Assembly: GCA_963663165.1 (NCBI GenBank)
Contig: OY760175.1
Span: 2,272,001 to 2,336,000 of the forward strand
DNA: 64,000 nt
Reading direction: 5' to 3'
Source: an uncultured Desulfospira sp.
GTDB lineage: Bacteria > Desulfobacterota > Desulfobacteria > Desulfobacterales > Desulfobacteraceae
Shown in pieces: positions 51,336-61,583 of the stretch (the stretch's first letter is position 1; each line of letters begins with the position of its first letter). The notes beneath the pieces are model-generated. The model was given only the letters and a program-made list of their open reading frames with translations. It ran no database searches and was not told the DNA's origin. Both the position numbers and the translations under genes were made by a program.

Positions 51336-52355
51336 TCATAAACTGTCAAGCCAGGCAAGGATTTCAGCACTATTTCCCCAGTCGATTAACTCATCAATTT
51401 TTTTGTCATGAGTTATTTTCGATTGCATGTATTCCATGAGCGTATTTTGGACTTCCCGTTTTTTTGACAGATCCAGCTGCAGATAGGTCATTGTTGATTC
51501 AATACTTTGATGACCAAGACGATTTTTGATATCCGATACCGGAGCACCTGAACTGACCATGTTGACCGCGCACGAATGCCTGAAGCAGTGAGCCGGGCTC
51601 AGTCCTTTCAGCCGTTTTTCCGGCAAGGCCAAGGTCAAATACTTCCTGCAAATTTTATTAATTCCATGTCTGGTCATTTCCCGCTTCCGTTGATTGATAA
51701 ACAGCCTATGGGCAAATAAAGGGATGGGATCTACCCTGTGATTGCTGATATAGTCCGAGATCAAGGAGGCGGTTCTGGAGCATAGATTAATCAACCGGTA
51801 TCGGTTTCCCTTTCCCAGGACCGCAATGGTTTCGTTTTCGGGGTCAAAATAATCAAATTCCAATGTGGCAATTTCACTGGCCCGGGCACCGGAGTCATAA
51901 AGCAGATGGAGAATGGTAAAATCCCTCATGCCTTCTTTCTTTTTCAGATCAACGGCACTGAAGACTTTCATGATTTCTTCAGGATATAAAAATCCCATCA
52001 CCTTTTTTTGAGCTCTTTTCTGAGGGATGTTCAGGAGCCTATCGGCAATTCGTTTTTTATCCGGATGCATGAAGCGGATCATCTTGGCCAAAGACTTAAT
52101 CACGGCCAGGCGTTGGTTTCGAGTCTGCACGCTATTTTTTCGGTTTTTTTCCAGATGCTGGAGAAAGGCAAGCACTGCATCCACCGTTAAGTGTTCGATT
52201 TTCAATGACTTGATTTTTATTGAGTGATGATTCGCCAGAAAATGCAGAAATAACGACAGGCTCTGCTGGTAAGCTTGAACACTTTGTTTGCTCGTCCCTT
52301 TTATCGAGGGCAAGTATTCATAAAAATACTGGTGCAGGCAACTTGTCAATCTCAT
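51336..52355 (-). CDS. Tyrosine recombinase (RitC-like)
   Basis: TRNQRLAVIKS, GARASE, GKG, HCFRHS, LGHQSIESTMTY. Confidence 0.92.
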   Translation of the reverse strand: MRLTSCLHQYFYEYLPSIKGTSKQSVQAYQQSLSLFLHFLANHHSIKIKSLKIEHLTVDAVLAFLQHLEKNRKNSVQTRNQRLAVIKSLAKMIRFMHPDKKRIADRLLNIPQKRAQKKVMGFLYPEEIMKVFSAVDLKKKEGMRDFTILHLLYDSGARASEIATLEFDYFDPENETIAVLGKGNRYRLINLCSRTASLISDYISNHRVDPIPLFAHRLFINQRKREMTRHGINKICRKYLTLALPEKRLKGLSPAHCFRHSCAVNMVSSGAPVSDIKNRLGHQSIESTMTYLQLDLSKKREVQNTLMEYMQSKITHDKKIDELIDWGNSAEILAWLDSL

Positions 52356-53329
52356 GCACCCTCGCTTTTTGATTTCGAAAAATCAAACAGTTGCCAACGG
52401 TGCTCAGCATCCAGTACCTTCAAATAATAGGTTGTGTATTTGTATTTGCTGTGCCCCATATAAGCCGCCAGTACAGGCAGGGCATTTTGGCAGGATTTTC
52501 CTTGCTGTTTTATCCTTTTCAGCGTGTTCACAGCAAACGAATGCCGCAGGGAATGATGTGAAGGCTGGCTGAAGTTTGTAGTACCGATTATTTTCCGGGA
52601 GTGATCAAAATTAATATCTGTGAGAGCCTGTTTAAATCTGCGATTTATAAACATACGTACCAGTTTTTTCCCTTTCACCTTTACCAGCAAAAAAGGGCTG
52701 TCATCCTCATCAGGGAATAACCGGCGAACTTTTAGCAGGTTGTTGATTTCATAGGCTACGGCTTTGGGTATAGGGATCAATCGATCTTTTCTAAATTTTG
52801 TCTTTTCAATATAGATTGTTCTTTCTTCGGGCCTGTAATGGGTTTTCAATAAATTAAGTGTCTCCGAGGTTCTAAGTCCGCACCGGGCCATCAACAAAAA
52901 GGCTATATAAGCACTGAAATCTGACACATAGAATCTCTGGCTTGTCCGCATCGACTTGATTACAGCTTTGAGAAAACGGTCTGTTTCTTCCGGAGAAAAT
53001 ATAAAAGGAATAACGTGATTTTCCTGTAGCTCAGTGATTTCCTGCAACGGATTTTCCAGAATCACATCTTTGCGTATAAGATAATTGAAAAAGATCTTGA
53101 GCATTCTAAAAATCGTATTTATGGACCGGGGTTCAAGATCAAGTTCTGCTCTGAACCGGATAAAAAACAGCGGATCAAAGGATGTCCAAGTCACTTGTTT
53201 TTCAGACACATATCGATCAAGTACCCTAAGACCGTACATCATTGAGGTGTTTGAGTACCCCAGTTGAAAACGATATGTGATAAAATCCTCCATTTGTTCA
53301 GCCAAGAAACTTTTAAAACGTTTCATCAA
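52352..53329 (-). CDS. Tyrosine recombinase (RitB-like)
   Basis: CGLRTSE, TKFRKDRLIP, HSLRHSFAVN, LPVLAAYMGH...TYY. Confidence 0.92.
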   Translation of the reverse strand: MMKRFKSFLAEQMEDFITYRFQLGYSNTSMMYGLRVLDRYVSEKQVTWTSFDPLFFIRFRAELDLEPRSINTIFRMLKIFFNYLIRKDVILENPLQEITELQENHVIPFIFSPEETDRFLKAVIKSMRTSQRFYVSDFSAYIAFLLMARCGLRTSETLNLLKTHYRPEERTIYIEKTKFRKDRLIPIPKAVAYEINNLLKVRRLFPDEDDSPFLLVKVKGKKLVRMFINRRFKQALTDINFDHSRKIIGTTNFSQPSHHSLRHSFAVNTLKRIKQQGKSCQNALPVLAAYMGHSKYKYTTYYLKVLDAEHRWQLFDFSKSKSEGA

Positions 53330-54200
53330 GGATAACCTCCCGCATCAGGCCGATATGAATGCTCAGATACTTTTTTGTCGAATCGAGGCTTTTATGTCCC
53401 ATCATTTCTTTGATTTCATAGATGGACATACCGGACTCCAACATATTCTGGGCAAATGAATGCCGCAGCCAGTATGTGCTTGATCCAAGATTGTTTTTCG
53501 TCATGCATTCTTTTATATCTCGGGGGATATCGCTCCTGTTGGCCGGTTTATAAGGTGGTGTCAACTGTAAAAATAGAACTCGGGATTGAGTTTCAGGTCT
53601 CCCGCCCACAATATAGGCAGTGATCGCTTTGATTATGTTATCGGGAAGGGGAAGATGAGCAGGATTGCAATTTTTTCTTGAACGGATAAAAATCTCTTTC
53701 TGTCTAAATGAGATGTCATCCAGAGTTAGCAACCTGATTTCTTTCGGCCTTAACCCCAGATAACATGCCAGATGCAGGGTGGCATTGGTGCGAAGGTCTT
53801 TTGCTGTTGACAGGTCCAGACTGTCAAACAACTTTTGAATTTCATGAGTGCGCAAAAATTTGGGCGGCTTTGGTGGTCCGAACTCCGGAGGGCTTACCAC
53901 TAAAGCGCCAAGGTCCTTTTTAAGATCTCCGTGTTGATAAAGGTACTTTAAAAATCTTCGTACATGTGACCGGTGCGTCCTGCATGTCCCGGGAGCACGC
54001 CCCTTGTTGCAGACTGCTAAAAATTGATCGACCTGGTCAATGGATATGTTGCCCAAAGAGGTGTTTTCCCCCTGAAGATAGGCCGCAAAATTTGTTAATG
54101 TCCTTTTTGTATAGGACACCGCATCCCCGGAAGCTTGATCTCGACAGTAGTCCAGGTATTTCTCCACTGCTTTGGTGACCTTATTGTCAACTTCCATCAT
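53313..54200 (-). CDS. Tyrosine recombinase (RitA-like)
   Basis: LGLRPKEI, YWLRHSFA, MGHKSLDSTKKY; ATG at 54200 with GGAGG RBS. Confidence 0.9.
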   Translation of the reverse strand: MMEVDNKVTKAVEKYLDYCRDQASGDAVSYTKRTLTNFAAYLQGENTSLGNISIDQVDQFLAVCNKGRAPGTCRTHRSHVRRFLKYLYQHGDLKKDLGALVVSPPEFGPPKPPKFLRTHEIQKLFDSLDLSTAKDLRTNATLHLACYLGLRPKEIRLLTLDDISFRQKEIFIRSRKNCNPAHLPLPDNIIKAITAYIVGGRPETQSRVLFLQLTPPYKPANRSDIPRDIKECMTKNNLGSSTYWLRHSFAQNMLESGMSIYEIKEMMGHKSLDSTKKYLSIHIGLMREVILDETF

Positions 54201-54672
54201 GGCTGCCTCCAAAAGATTGCAGGACAAGGCTGCGGATGGTTGCCGGATCGTGCAGTTCCATGTCTTTTTGGCTTTGAAGGGGGGCTGCTGAGGGCAGAGC
54301 CACTCTTTCCGGAAGGGACAATACTTGGAAAAGGTTGCCGTCAAATGCGACCAGGTTCTTGTCAATCAAGGCATTCCTGGCAAGGATGTAGTCATCAACA
54401 CAAATCCTGAGCAGGGTGCAGATTTTATCATAGCCGTAATAGGACAGCCCATGACGATCCGCCACGATAATCAAAAACAGGTACAGCAGGAGCTGATGAT
54501 GATCCAGGCTTGCCCAGAATCCGTCCCGCAGGAACCGGTGCTCGATAAAAGCAAAGCTTCCTGCAATTTTTCTGATGCGGCAGGGATCTATGGGATTTTT
54601 TGCAATGGACGCACGAAAACGGCGTTGGGGCTTTTGATTCCGATTTTTGGCTTTATTTTGTCCGGTCTCCAT
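54187..54672 (-). CDS. Winged-helix/HTH-like accessory protein
   Basis: FAFIEHRF...LLLYLFLIIVADRHGLSYY..DKICTLL; overlaps the ritA start. Confidence 0.7.
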   Translation of the reverse strand: METGQNKAKNRNQKPQRRFRASIAKNPIDPCRIRKIAGSFAFIEHRFLRDGFWASLDHHQLLLYLFLIIVADRHGLSYYGYDKICTLLRICVDDYILARNALIDKNLVAFDGNLFQVLSLPERVALPSAAPLQSQKDMELHDPATIRSLVLQSFGGSHDGS

Positions 54673-54719
54673 GGCATTGCCTCCTTGAAATGATCGTTAA
54701 AGGCAATTTACCCTTTTTC

Positions 54720-55328
54720 TCAGGGGGGATCAGGCCCCGTTTGTTGTTGGAACCGGCTTTTTCCATGATGTTTTTTTTGAGGGCGAGGGCCAAACCCTAA
54801 CGGCGGTGGCAGGATATCCAAATGTGAAGCGGCAAGTTCCCGGAGATGGGGTAAAACAAACTCAACCCCAAGTGCAGATCTCAATGATGATAAGGTTGCC
54901 TGACCATCATTGGATAAGGACGGAATCAGGTCGATTAATAAAATCAAACTTACATGAATCAAAAACAGTCTGTGCCTCATCCATCGCAAGACACCAGGCA
55001 GGCCGATATCTGGACGCATATTGTCTGCTGCGGCCTCCTGGCTTGGTGCTGCTTCGATCTGATTGATGACCGTTTCCGCCTCCATCAGTGTCCCTGGCAG
55101 ACGTGAGGACAGGCAATCGGGCAACAGCCCGAAGGTGGTCCTGCCATCCGGACAATACCACCGGGCGATTTTTGCACCGTCGGGATACTTTCTGCAATAG
55201 GTCCCATGCCTGGCAAATTTGCAGCCACCTTCCGGATGTAACGGGCACCGATCCAGTTTTGCATCTTTCCATGCCTCCTCCTCTATATATTGTTCAACAG
55301 GAATGTCGGTGGCGAATCGGAGCTGCAC
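54720..55328 (-). CDS. Cys/His-containing accessory protein (DUF6431-like)
   Basis: CPLH...HGTYCR...RWYCP...TFGLLPDCL. Confidence 0.6.
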   Translation of the reverse strand: MQLRFATDIPVEQYIEEEAWKDAKLDRCPLHPEGGCKFARHGTYCRKYPDGAKIARWYCPDGRTTFGLLPDCLSSRLPGTLMEAETVINQIEAAPSQEAAADNMRPDIGLPGVLRWMRHRLFLIHVSLILLIDLIPSLSNDGQATLSSLRSALGVEFVLPHLRELAASHLDILPPPLGFGPRPQKKHHGKSRFQQQTGPDPP

Positions 55329-55357
55329 GACTTTAACCTTGCGTTAAAATTCAAAAT

Positions 55358-55783
55358 ATGAAACATTTTCCCATGGCAAAGATCGGTCGCAATACACCAT
55401 GCCCTTGCGGCAGCGGTAAGAAATATAAGAAGTGTTGTTTGTCGTTGCAGTCAGCGGGAACTCAACCCAAGCCCTATCCTGCCGGGTTTACACCAGTTTA
55501 CACGGAATTGGATCTGCTTTCAAACAGTGTGATTGATCTGATCGATGAAAACAAATTCGACGAGGCAGAAGCTGTATCAAAGAGATTATTGCATGAATAT
55601 CCAAATCAGATTGACGGCTTTCACAGGTTGGGACAGGTCTATGAAGCTCAGGGAAAAAAGCATGAAGCGGGAGAATACTATCAAAAAGCCGCAGATTTTG
55701 CCCGGACAATGCCGGGTTTTGATCCGGAAACTGTTGAACGCTTCCTTTTAAAAGCAAAGAAATATAGGGAAGAAGCAAAGTAG
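55358..55783 (+). CDS. SEC-C motif plus TPR protein
   Basis: [23 protein letters not shown]-like [18 protein letters not shown]. Confidence 0.85.
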   Translation: MKHFPMAKIGRNTPCPCGSGKKYKKCCLSLQSAGTQPKPYPAGFTPVYTELDLLSNSVIDLIDENKFDEAEAVSKRLLHEYPNQIDGFHRLGQVYEAQGKKHEAGEYYQKAADFARTMPGFDPETVERFLLKAKKYREEAK

Positions 55784-56416
55784 AAAAACTATATCCAAAG
55801 AAAATAACTCATTTAGAACTTTTTATAGAAGAAAATCTCGCTACAAAAAAAGTCGCAACATAAATACCATTAAAGCCCACCTTGATATTCCTTGTTTGCA
55901 TCATGGATACCGCCCAATTATTTGAATGGATAGAGAATATAGGCTGATAAAAAACGGTTAACTTCTGGCAAATCAATTTTCAAAGTATTTTGCCCTGAAT
56001 AGTCTTTACACGACCCAACCAAGCTGATATGCAATCCACGTATATACTAATGATGATAACCGATCCGGTTATCCGTTAATTCCTCTTGATATGCTGATAG
56101 ATATCAGATTGCTCAAGATAATCGGACAACTACTTGTACACCTGAACCTCATGAGGCTGAACGCAGATACAGGTTATTTGAATTTGGAGGACTAATGGTC
56201 GCTGATCCAACAGGATGGATATCTGATTTTTACTGGCACCTATGGCTTTTTTTTTCTGAAAACAATGATCAATTTTTCTACGGATTTGCTGCTCCTTCGC
56301 ACCATCGCCCCCCTTTATCTCCACACAGGTCACTTGTTGGGTACGATTCAATTGTCGAGTATCATACAGGCTTAGACCCCAAAAAATTCGAATCCTTTCA
56401 GGAAGATCTATCCTGA

Positions 56417-57676
56417 TTATATCGGATTTTGGGGAGGGCTTCGGTACCCACCCAAAGAAGCCGAAATGTAAAGGTTATGCAACCAGTTGTCGTGATATCT
56501 AAATTGATTCAGCCTTTCAGCTGGGCTTTTGAATCCGTTATGCCTTTTGACGGTTTCCGGGTTGTAAGGAGCAAAATTATGAATGAGTGTCCATCCTCGA
56601 ATGCTCAGTTGCGCTGCATCCATTACTCCATGAAAATATTGAGTGCTGAACAGATGGCGATCCATTCTTTGCATCAATCTGTCAACCATGTTGCTCGTTC
56701 TGTGTGCCTTGGGATGATCATAGGCGTTTCTGTATGAAACAATATTTTTCCGTAATTTGTTTATGGGGTCTGATATAACATTCGGAGCATCTTGCTTTTT
56801 GCACCATTCGATCAACCTCCTGATTCGCTGTGAAAATGATATTTTGCTTTCAGCCCGATAACAATCCCATAGTTTTGATGCTGTTTCATCAAAAATGTCT
56901 CTGTATTTCTTCTTTGCCCTATCACGAATTTTTATGAATACATGCAAAAAACAACAAACGATGGCTACCGATGGAAAAAGGCTTTTCCATGCCTGCCGGG
57001 TAGCTTTCCATCCGTCTATATTGACGGTCTCCGGAGAATATTCAGGCCGAAGGCATTGGGCTTCATCCCGGTAAAATTGATAAGCTCCAGTCAAGGCTTG
57101 TTTTCCAGCATTTTGAGCAACAGACGCTCCAAGAATGCAGCCATTTCCAACAGTTGTTGCCACATAAGTTTTTTCTCCCAGAATCCGGGTATGCTTCTCA
57201 TCCGCCGCAAGATGTTGCGGGATGTCTTCCGGTTGTCGGATGGTTGTTCCAACGATACTATTGCGACCAAGTGACTGCTCAATCCGGTACCAATACATTG
57301 GATCCTTACCGAAAATGTGGCTCAGTGCCCAGAAGGGCACATTAAATTTTCGCATAAAAAGAGCTTTTTCAACCTCATCGACCAAGCCGGTGAGATAGGG
57401 TGTCACAAAGGAAGGGCGGACTGTGTAAGCAATGCCGGACATCTCGATTCGCCGAATAGGGATCAACATTTTTTTTGAGTGATAGATATCTTTCATTCGA
57501 TATCCTTCTCTGGAAATTTCAGCTGGAAATAGTTCCGGGAAAAGCTCAATCCTTTCATTGAGACAGTTCCGAAATTTGTCAGGATTTTGAATGTTGTCAT
57601 TATAATCATCTTGAGAAAAAGGCACACATATGGTTCTATGGTTTCGGATTGCGGATTCTGTATCTGTTTCCCACAT
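56417..57676 (-). CDS. Transposase (Mutator/IS256/ISH6-like)
   Basis: LAADEKH, VNIDGW, CFLH (CxxH), RTSNMVDRLM. Confidence 0.85.
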   Translation of the reverse strand: MWETDTESAIRNHRTICVPFSQDDYNDNIQNPDKFRNCLNERIELFPELFPAEISREGYRMKDIYHSKKMLIPIRRIEMSGIAYTVRPSFVTPYLTGLVDEVEKALFMRKFNVPFWALSHIFGKDPMYWYRIEQSLGRNSIVGTTIRQPEDIPQHLAADEKHTRILGEKTYVATTVGNGCILGASVAQNAGKQALTGAYQFYRDEAQCLRPEYSPETVNIDGWKATRQAWKSLFPSVAIVCCFLHVFIKIRDRAKKKYRDIFDETASKLWDCYRAESKISFSQRIRRLIEWCKKQDAPNVISDPINKLRKNIVSYRNAYDHPKAHRTSNMVDRLMQRMDRHLFSTQYFHGVMDAAQLSIRGWTLIHNFAPYNPETVKRHNGFKSPAERLNQFRYHDNWLHNLYISASLGGYRSPPQNPI

Positions 57677-57719
57677 ATAGTTAGAGACCTCCTTGGCGGG
57701 TTTGGTCTCTAACTATATG
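57674..57719 (-). promoter_or_regulatory. 16-bp perfect hairpin covering the transposase start codon and part of the RBS
   Basis: catatagttagagacc (57674-57689) / ggtctctaactatatg (57704-57719). Confidence 0.8.
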
Positions 57720-59217
57720 AAATTATTGACAAAAAGTCTAGTCGGAATTCCCTTTGATTTCAATGGGTTACGAAAAAGTTTTTTACCCCCTTCCAATGAT
57801 TAGAGCGGTTTTGGCCTCTGTTCCCCTAAATCCGTTATAATCAGGATCTATCAAATGGACATTTAAGAACTAATTTGTTGGGACAGGGCGGCCCCACCCT
57901 TAACGTAAAAATCCAATTTATACAAAGGAGCTTCCAAAATACCCTTGGGTGTACCGCAGTTCCTGTGACCACATACTATTCCATGTCGCTAGCGGAATAT
58001 AATGTTTCGCGGGAAGGAATCAAACGTATGCTGGGCCATCTTGTTACCGAGAAAACTTTTGATGAGCCAGAACGGTATATGCACCGACTGGGGGCCTTTG
58101 ATATTATTAACTTACCGAAGCACGCCGAAGATGAGCAATACATCCTTAATTTTCGTCTACCAAAGCGACGGGATGTTTCCATGACGCCCCACCATAGAAA
58201 TTCCTATGAGATTTGGCGCAGGGATGATTTTGCACAAAACCGGCACTGGGCACATGTTTGTCTTTACAGCGGAGAAACTCCGGTGAGTGACGCTCTTCAT
58301 ATTCTTGACCCAGAAGTGAGGGTGTTTGGACCTGTCGCTATAGATGAAACATTTGATAGAACTGAATTTCGACTTTTTGATGAAAAGGGACTCTTACACC
58401 ATGAGGAGTCCGTATGGATTAATCAGTTTGCTATGAATTTTTCCATAGGGCAAGGAACTATTAGGTATGACAGCCCATTGACAGATCGTGGCAAAGGAGG
58501 AGGTGCTGTTGATACTGTCGAATCTTTGACCAATATAAGTGTTCGCTCTCGGGGTCGTGAAAGTATAACGAATGTAACAACCGGACAAGAATTCCGTGAT
58601 TATTGCCGAGAAATGCGTGAACGAGGTAAAACGTTATTCAAATCGCCTTCACCGGATAGATGGTTTCCCAAAGGAATAACAGGATCGTTGAATACATTGG
58701 AACATGTCAAAACATTGATTGAGGGTCAAGGTGTCATAAAAGTGTGGATTGTTGATCCTTTTTTCGATGCGAGGGCTGTGGAAAATCTTATTCCAACTAT
58801 TGGGGTCAGCAACCTTGAATTAGTTGTTATTACAAACCTAAGAAATATTGATGCATGCCGAGAGATTGGCGAAGGGGAAAACGAAACCGATCCTGTGAGT
58901 AACTTGGAAAAGAAACTTGATGTTCTTCGACCAATTATCCACTGTAACCTGAAAGTTAAAAACCTTCACACTACCCCGGGTTCAAATGAACAGGTTTTTC
59001 ATGACCGATATTTGTGTCTTAAAATGGGAAAAGACAAAGTTTCAGTTTATCTGCTCTCAAACAGCTTTAACGCTTATGCAGAGAATTATCCCTTCTGTCT
59101 AAGTCAATTGAGCGGCTTTGCGGCTAAAAATGCCTATGATTATATTATTAATCTTGAAGGTTTGAAAAATCCAGTCACTGGTTCGAATCTGTACTGTGAT
59201 CCTGACTGGAGTAAATA

Positions 59218-61269
59218 ATGTGTAAATCCATTCCACAAGAACAATTTCCCTGGATGGCATGGTTGTTACGCAAATTGTCTTCAAAAGAGGAACCGGCTGA
59301 TGATCAGCTTTTCAACAACGCTGCAAATCAAGGATGGTTGACTTGGCAAGAGCATGGTTTCTGGCGTGTTTGTGGAGCATGGGCGAAGGGTCTTCCAACT
59401 AATAAAGCCATAGTCGAGCATATTTTGACTGTCGACGATGCTGCCCACTTCGCCATGGCCATGGGAGAACTATCATCTGGTGTAAACGGCTTCCCGCTGG
59501 ATGCATGCAGCAAGGCGTTGAATGAAAGCCCTGGATTTCAAAAAAGTGATGCGGTTTTTCAACGGATTGGTGAGCTGGCTAAAAAAAATTACCCTTCTGT
59601 TGAATGTAATTTGGATACGCTTAAAGTTGCGCAATTTATAAATTCGTGCCAGTTAGATTATGATTCTTTTCAGATGGTTTCTTCTTTCACTGATTACCCC
59701 AGGTTCCTCAAGCCATTGAGGAGATACGGTTTATCTTACGGCATGTATATAGCATACATGTTAAATTTCAAAGCTTTTGGACTGTGGCTATCTCGGCAGA
59801 GCGACCCGGCTCTGATCGTCCCAACTCTCAGCCAATTTTCTATACTTTTCTACTTAGCTGATCAAAAAACCGTTGTTGGGCTCCTTAATTCCAGGCATCC
59901 GTTCCTTCAACTAAATGGGATCATGGCCCTGCATGCTTATCGAGATAAAGGGACCACATGTGACTGGCACTACCCATTGGAACAGGCCTTTGCAATAGTC
60001 GATAAGACTGAGCTATCTATAGAGGACTTCGCCTGGACTACATTTAGTCGTTTTAATGAGTTTGAAGGGCTTTGTGGACGTGCAAAAGGGGTTTTTGAGT
60101 ATCAAGTAAAGCAAGGCCCTGAACTTTCAGAAAAAGCAAAAGAGTCCAAAGAAAGGTATGAAAAAATTGTTGCTAGTATGGAGGATGAACTGTCAGTTTT
60201 TACCAATCACTTCCCCAAAAATGGGATAAACGAGAAACAGGCCTCTTATGTTTTGGGGGTTACTCGTGGGCGGCTTGGACTTCCTCTGCGGGTGGCAGAA
60301 AAGCTCCCAGAAAAAACAAAGAAGACGCTTGTTAAAGCGATTTTCAAAAGATTTCACTCCCAGACAGGTATTTTCAAATTAGCGAGTGAAACAGAACACT
60401 ATTCGTTGCCCTATCGTTGGAAGCAGCGTGTGAACTATTCTGCGCGAGCTTTTGTGCAGTATCATGCAGGCAAGAATATAGGCAGAAAATTTGGTTCTCT
60501 CGCCAAACCAGTGGAAGATGCACTTGTGCCGAATATGCTTGAACCATACTTATACTATCGGCGACATCATAAATGGATGCATGTTTTTGGCAGATTAGGT
60601 TTACTTTATTTTTATACAATAGAAATCGCAAAGACGTCTGATTTGGAAACAGAGAAAGGGGGTAGCTTTTTAATTCAGCATATGGTTAAGCAAACCCTAA
60701 TTTTATTTTTGCATTATTCAGGAGAGTATTTCACATCATTATACGATGTGTTAAGTCTTCGAGTAGCGAATCTGTTCGAGGGGAAGGTTAAGAAAGACAC
60801 GTTAGAAGAGTTGAAGGCTTTTGTAGACCATCCTCGAGGGTATTCGATTACAAAATTGCTTTTGGTTTGGACTCTCCCAGAATTATTTGAAGGTTATAAA
60901 AATAAGGTGATGCATCTGTTTAGAATTTTTGATCTACTCCCACCTGACGAAGACGGTATACTTGAAAGATTTTCAGCCTATGCAAATATTATGGATCGTG
61001 CCCTTGTGGCTGCGCACAGGATGAAGGATTTATCTTTAAGCAACGAATTGGTGGCTGACTGGGAAAAGAGGTTCTCAGTCTGGAAACCGGTTGTAGGCTC
61101 TAAATGGTTGCTCGCGCCACATTGGCAACAAAAAGCCTTGAGCGGAGATAATGAGGGGTATACGTGGCTTTGTGGATTGCCTGAGCTTAGTAACTGCTTG
61201 TGTCGAAGGTACTGTGACGAGATGTACATAAAACATAGAGGGGCAAACAAAGATAATACGAAAATATAA
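59218..61269 (+). CDS. Hypothetical 683-aa protein, coupled to the PLD-like gene
   Basis: Long ORF; TAATG stop/start overlap at 59216-59220. Confidence 0.8.
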   Translation: MCKSIPQEQFPWMAWLLRKLSSKEEPADDQLFNNAANQGWLTWQEHGFWRVCGAWAKGLPTNKAIVEHILTVDDAAHFAMAMGELSSGVNGFPLDACSKALNESPGFQKSDAVFQRIGELAKKNYPSVECNLDTLKVAQFINSCQLDYDSFQMVSSFTDYPRFLKPLRRYGLSYGMYIAYMLNFKAFGLWLSRQSDPALIVPTLSQFSILFYLADQKTVVGLLNSRHPFLQLNGIMALHAYRDKGTTCDWHYPLEQAFAIVDKTELSIEDFAWTTFSRFNEFEGLCGRAKGVFEYQVKQGPELSEKAKESKERYEKIVASMEDELSVFTNHFPKNGINEKQASYVLGVTRGRLGLPLRVAEKLPEKTKKTLVKAIFKRFHSQTGIFKLASETEHYSLPYRWKQRVNYSARAFVQYHAGKNIGRKFGSLAKPVEDALVPNMLEPYLYYRRHHKWMHVFGRLGLLYFYTIEIAKTSDLETEKGGSFLIQHMVKQTLILFLHYSGEYFTSLYDVLSLRVANLFEGKVKKDTLEELKAFVDHPRGYSITKLLLVWTLPELFEGYKNKVMHLFRIFDLLPPDEDGILERFSAYANIMDRALVAAHRMKDLSLSNELVADWEKRFSVWKPVVGSKWLLAPHWQQKALSGDNEGYTWLCGLPELSNCLCRRYCDEMYIKHRGANKDNTKI

Positions 61270-61479
61270 GTATATTATCAAAAGCTGACAACGAAGGTGT
61301 TATCAAGGCTTTTTAATTATGAAATTAAACCGTTAAATGATTTGACTCAACAATGAACATGCTGGGGATAAAGCCGCATATGTTCAGGTTAAAAATCGAA
61401 AATGAGTCAAAACCTTTGAGGAATAGCAAAGTGAGCATTTTGTCTATTTATGTAGCGAGTTTTTTTTGTTGCGTGTTCT

Positions 61480-61542
61480 ACCCCGCCCGACCCAGCTGGA
61501 CCCCGCTATACCCCGCCATATTTTGAAAAAATACTACCCCGC
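61480..61542 (+). repeat. Five ACCCCGC-type direct repeats, four with exact 10-bp period
   Basis: accccgc 61480, acccagc 61490, accccgc 61500, accccgc 61510, accccgc 61536. Confidence 0.8.
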
Positions 61543-61583
61543 CACCATCCATCCGATCATAGATCTAAGGAGGTATCAGGTCT

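Larger units (their letters stand above)
51151..55863 (-). mobile_element. RIT-like element 1 (three tyrosine recombinases plus three accessory genes)
   Basis: Perfect 11-bp inverted arms TTATGTTGCGA (51151-51161) and TCGCAACATAA (55853-55863), each abutting ATACCA (51145-51150 and 55864-55869). Confidence 0.85.
56413..57844 (-). mobile_element. 1,432-bp insertion sequence with 23-bp TIRs and 8-bp TSD GATCTATC
   Basis: ctgattatatcggattttgggga / tcccctaaatccgttataatcag (21/23); GATCTATC at 56405-56412 and 57845-57852. Confidence 0.95.
56195..59218 (+). pseudogene. IS-interrupted gene (527 aa when rejoined) with a C-terminal PLD-like nuclease fold (VPA1262-like)
   Basis: Removing the IS and one TSD copy joins ...FQEDLS to NGHLRTNLLGQGG... 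in frame. GGAGG precedes ATG 56195. The C-terminus has WIVDPFF and VFHDRY...LSNSFN. Confidence 0.8.

Noticed and set aside
54201..54365. N-terminal extension of the ritA ORF in the ORF track
   Set aside because: It overlaps the HTH gene; the RBS-supported ATG is at 54200.
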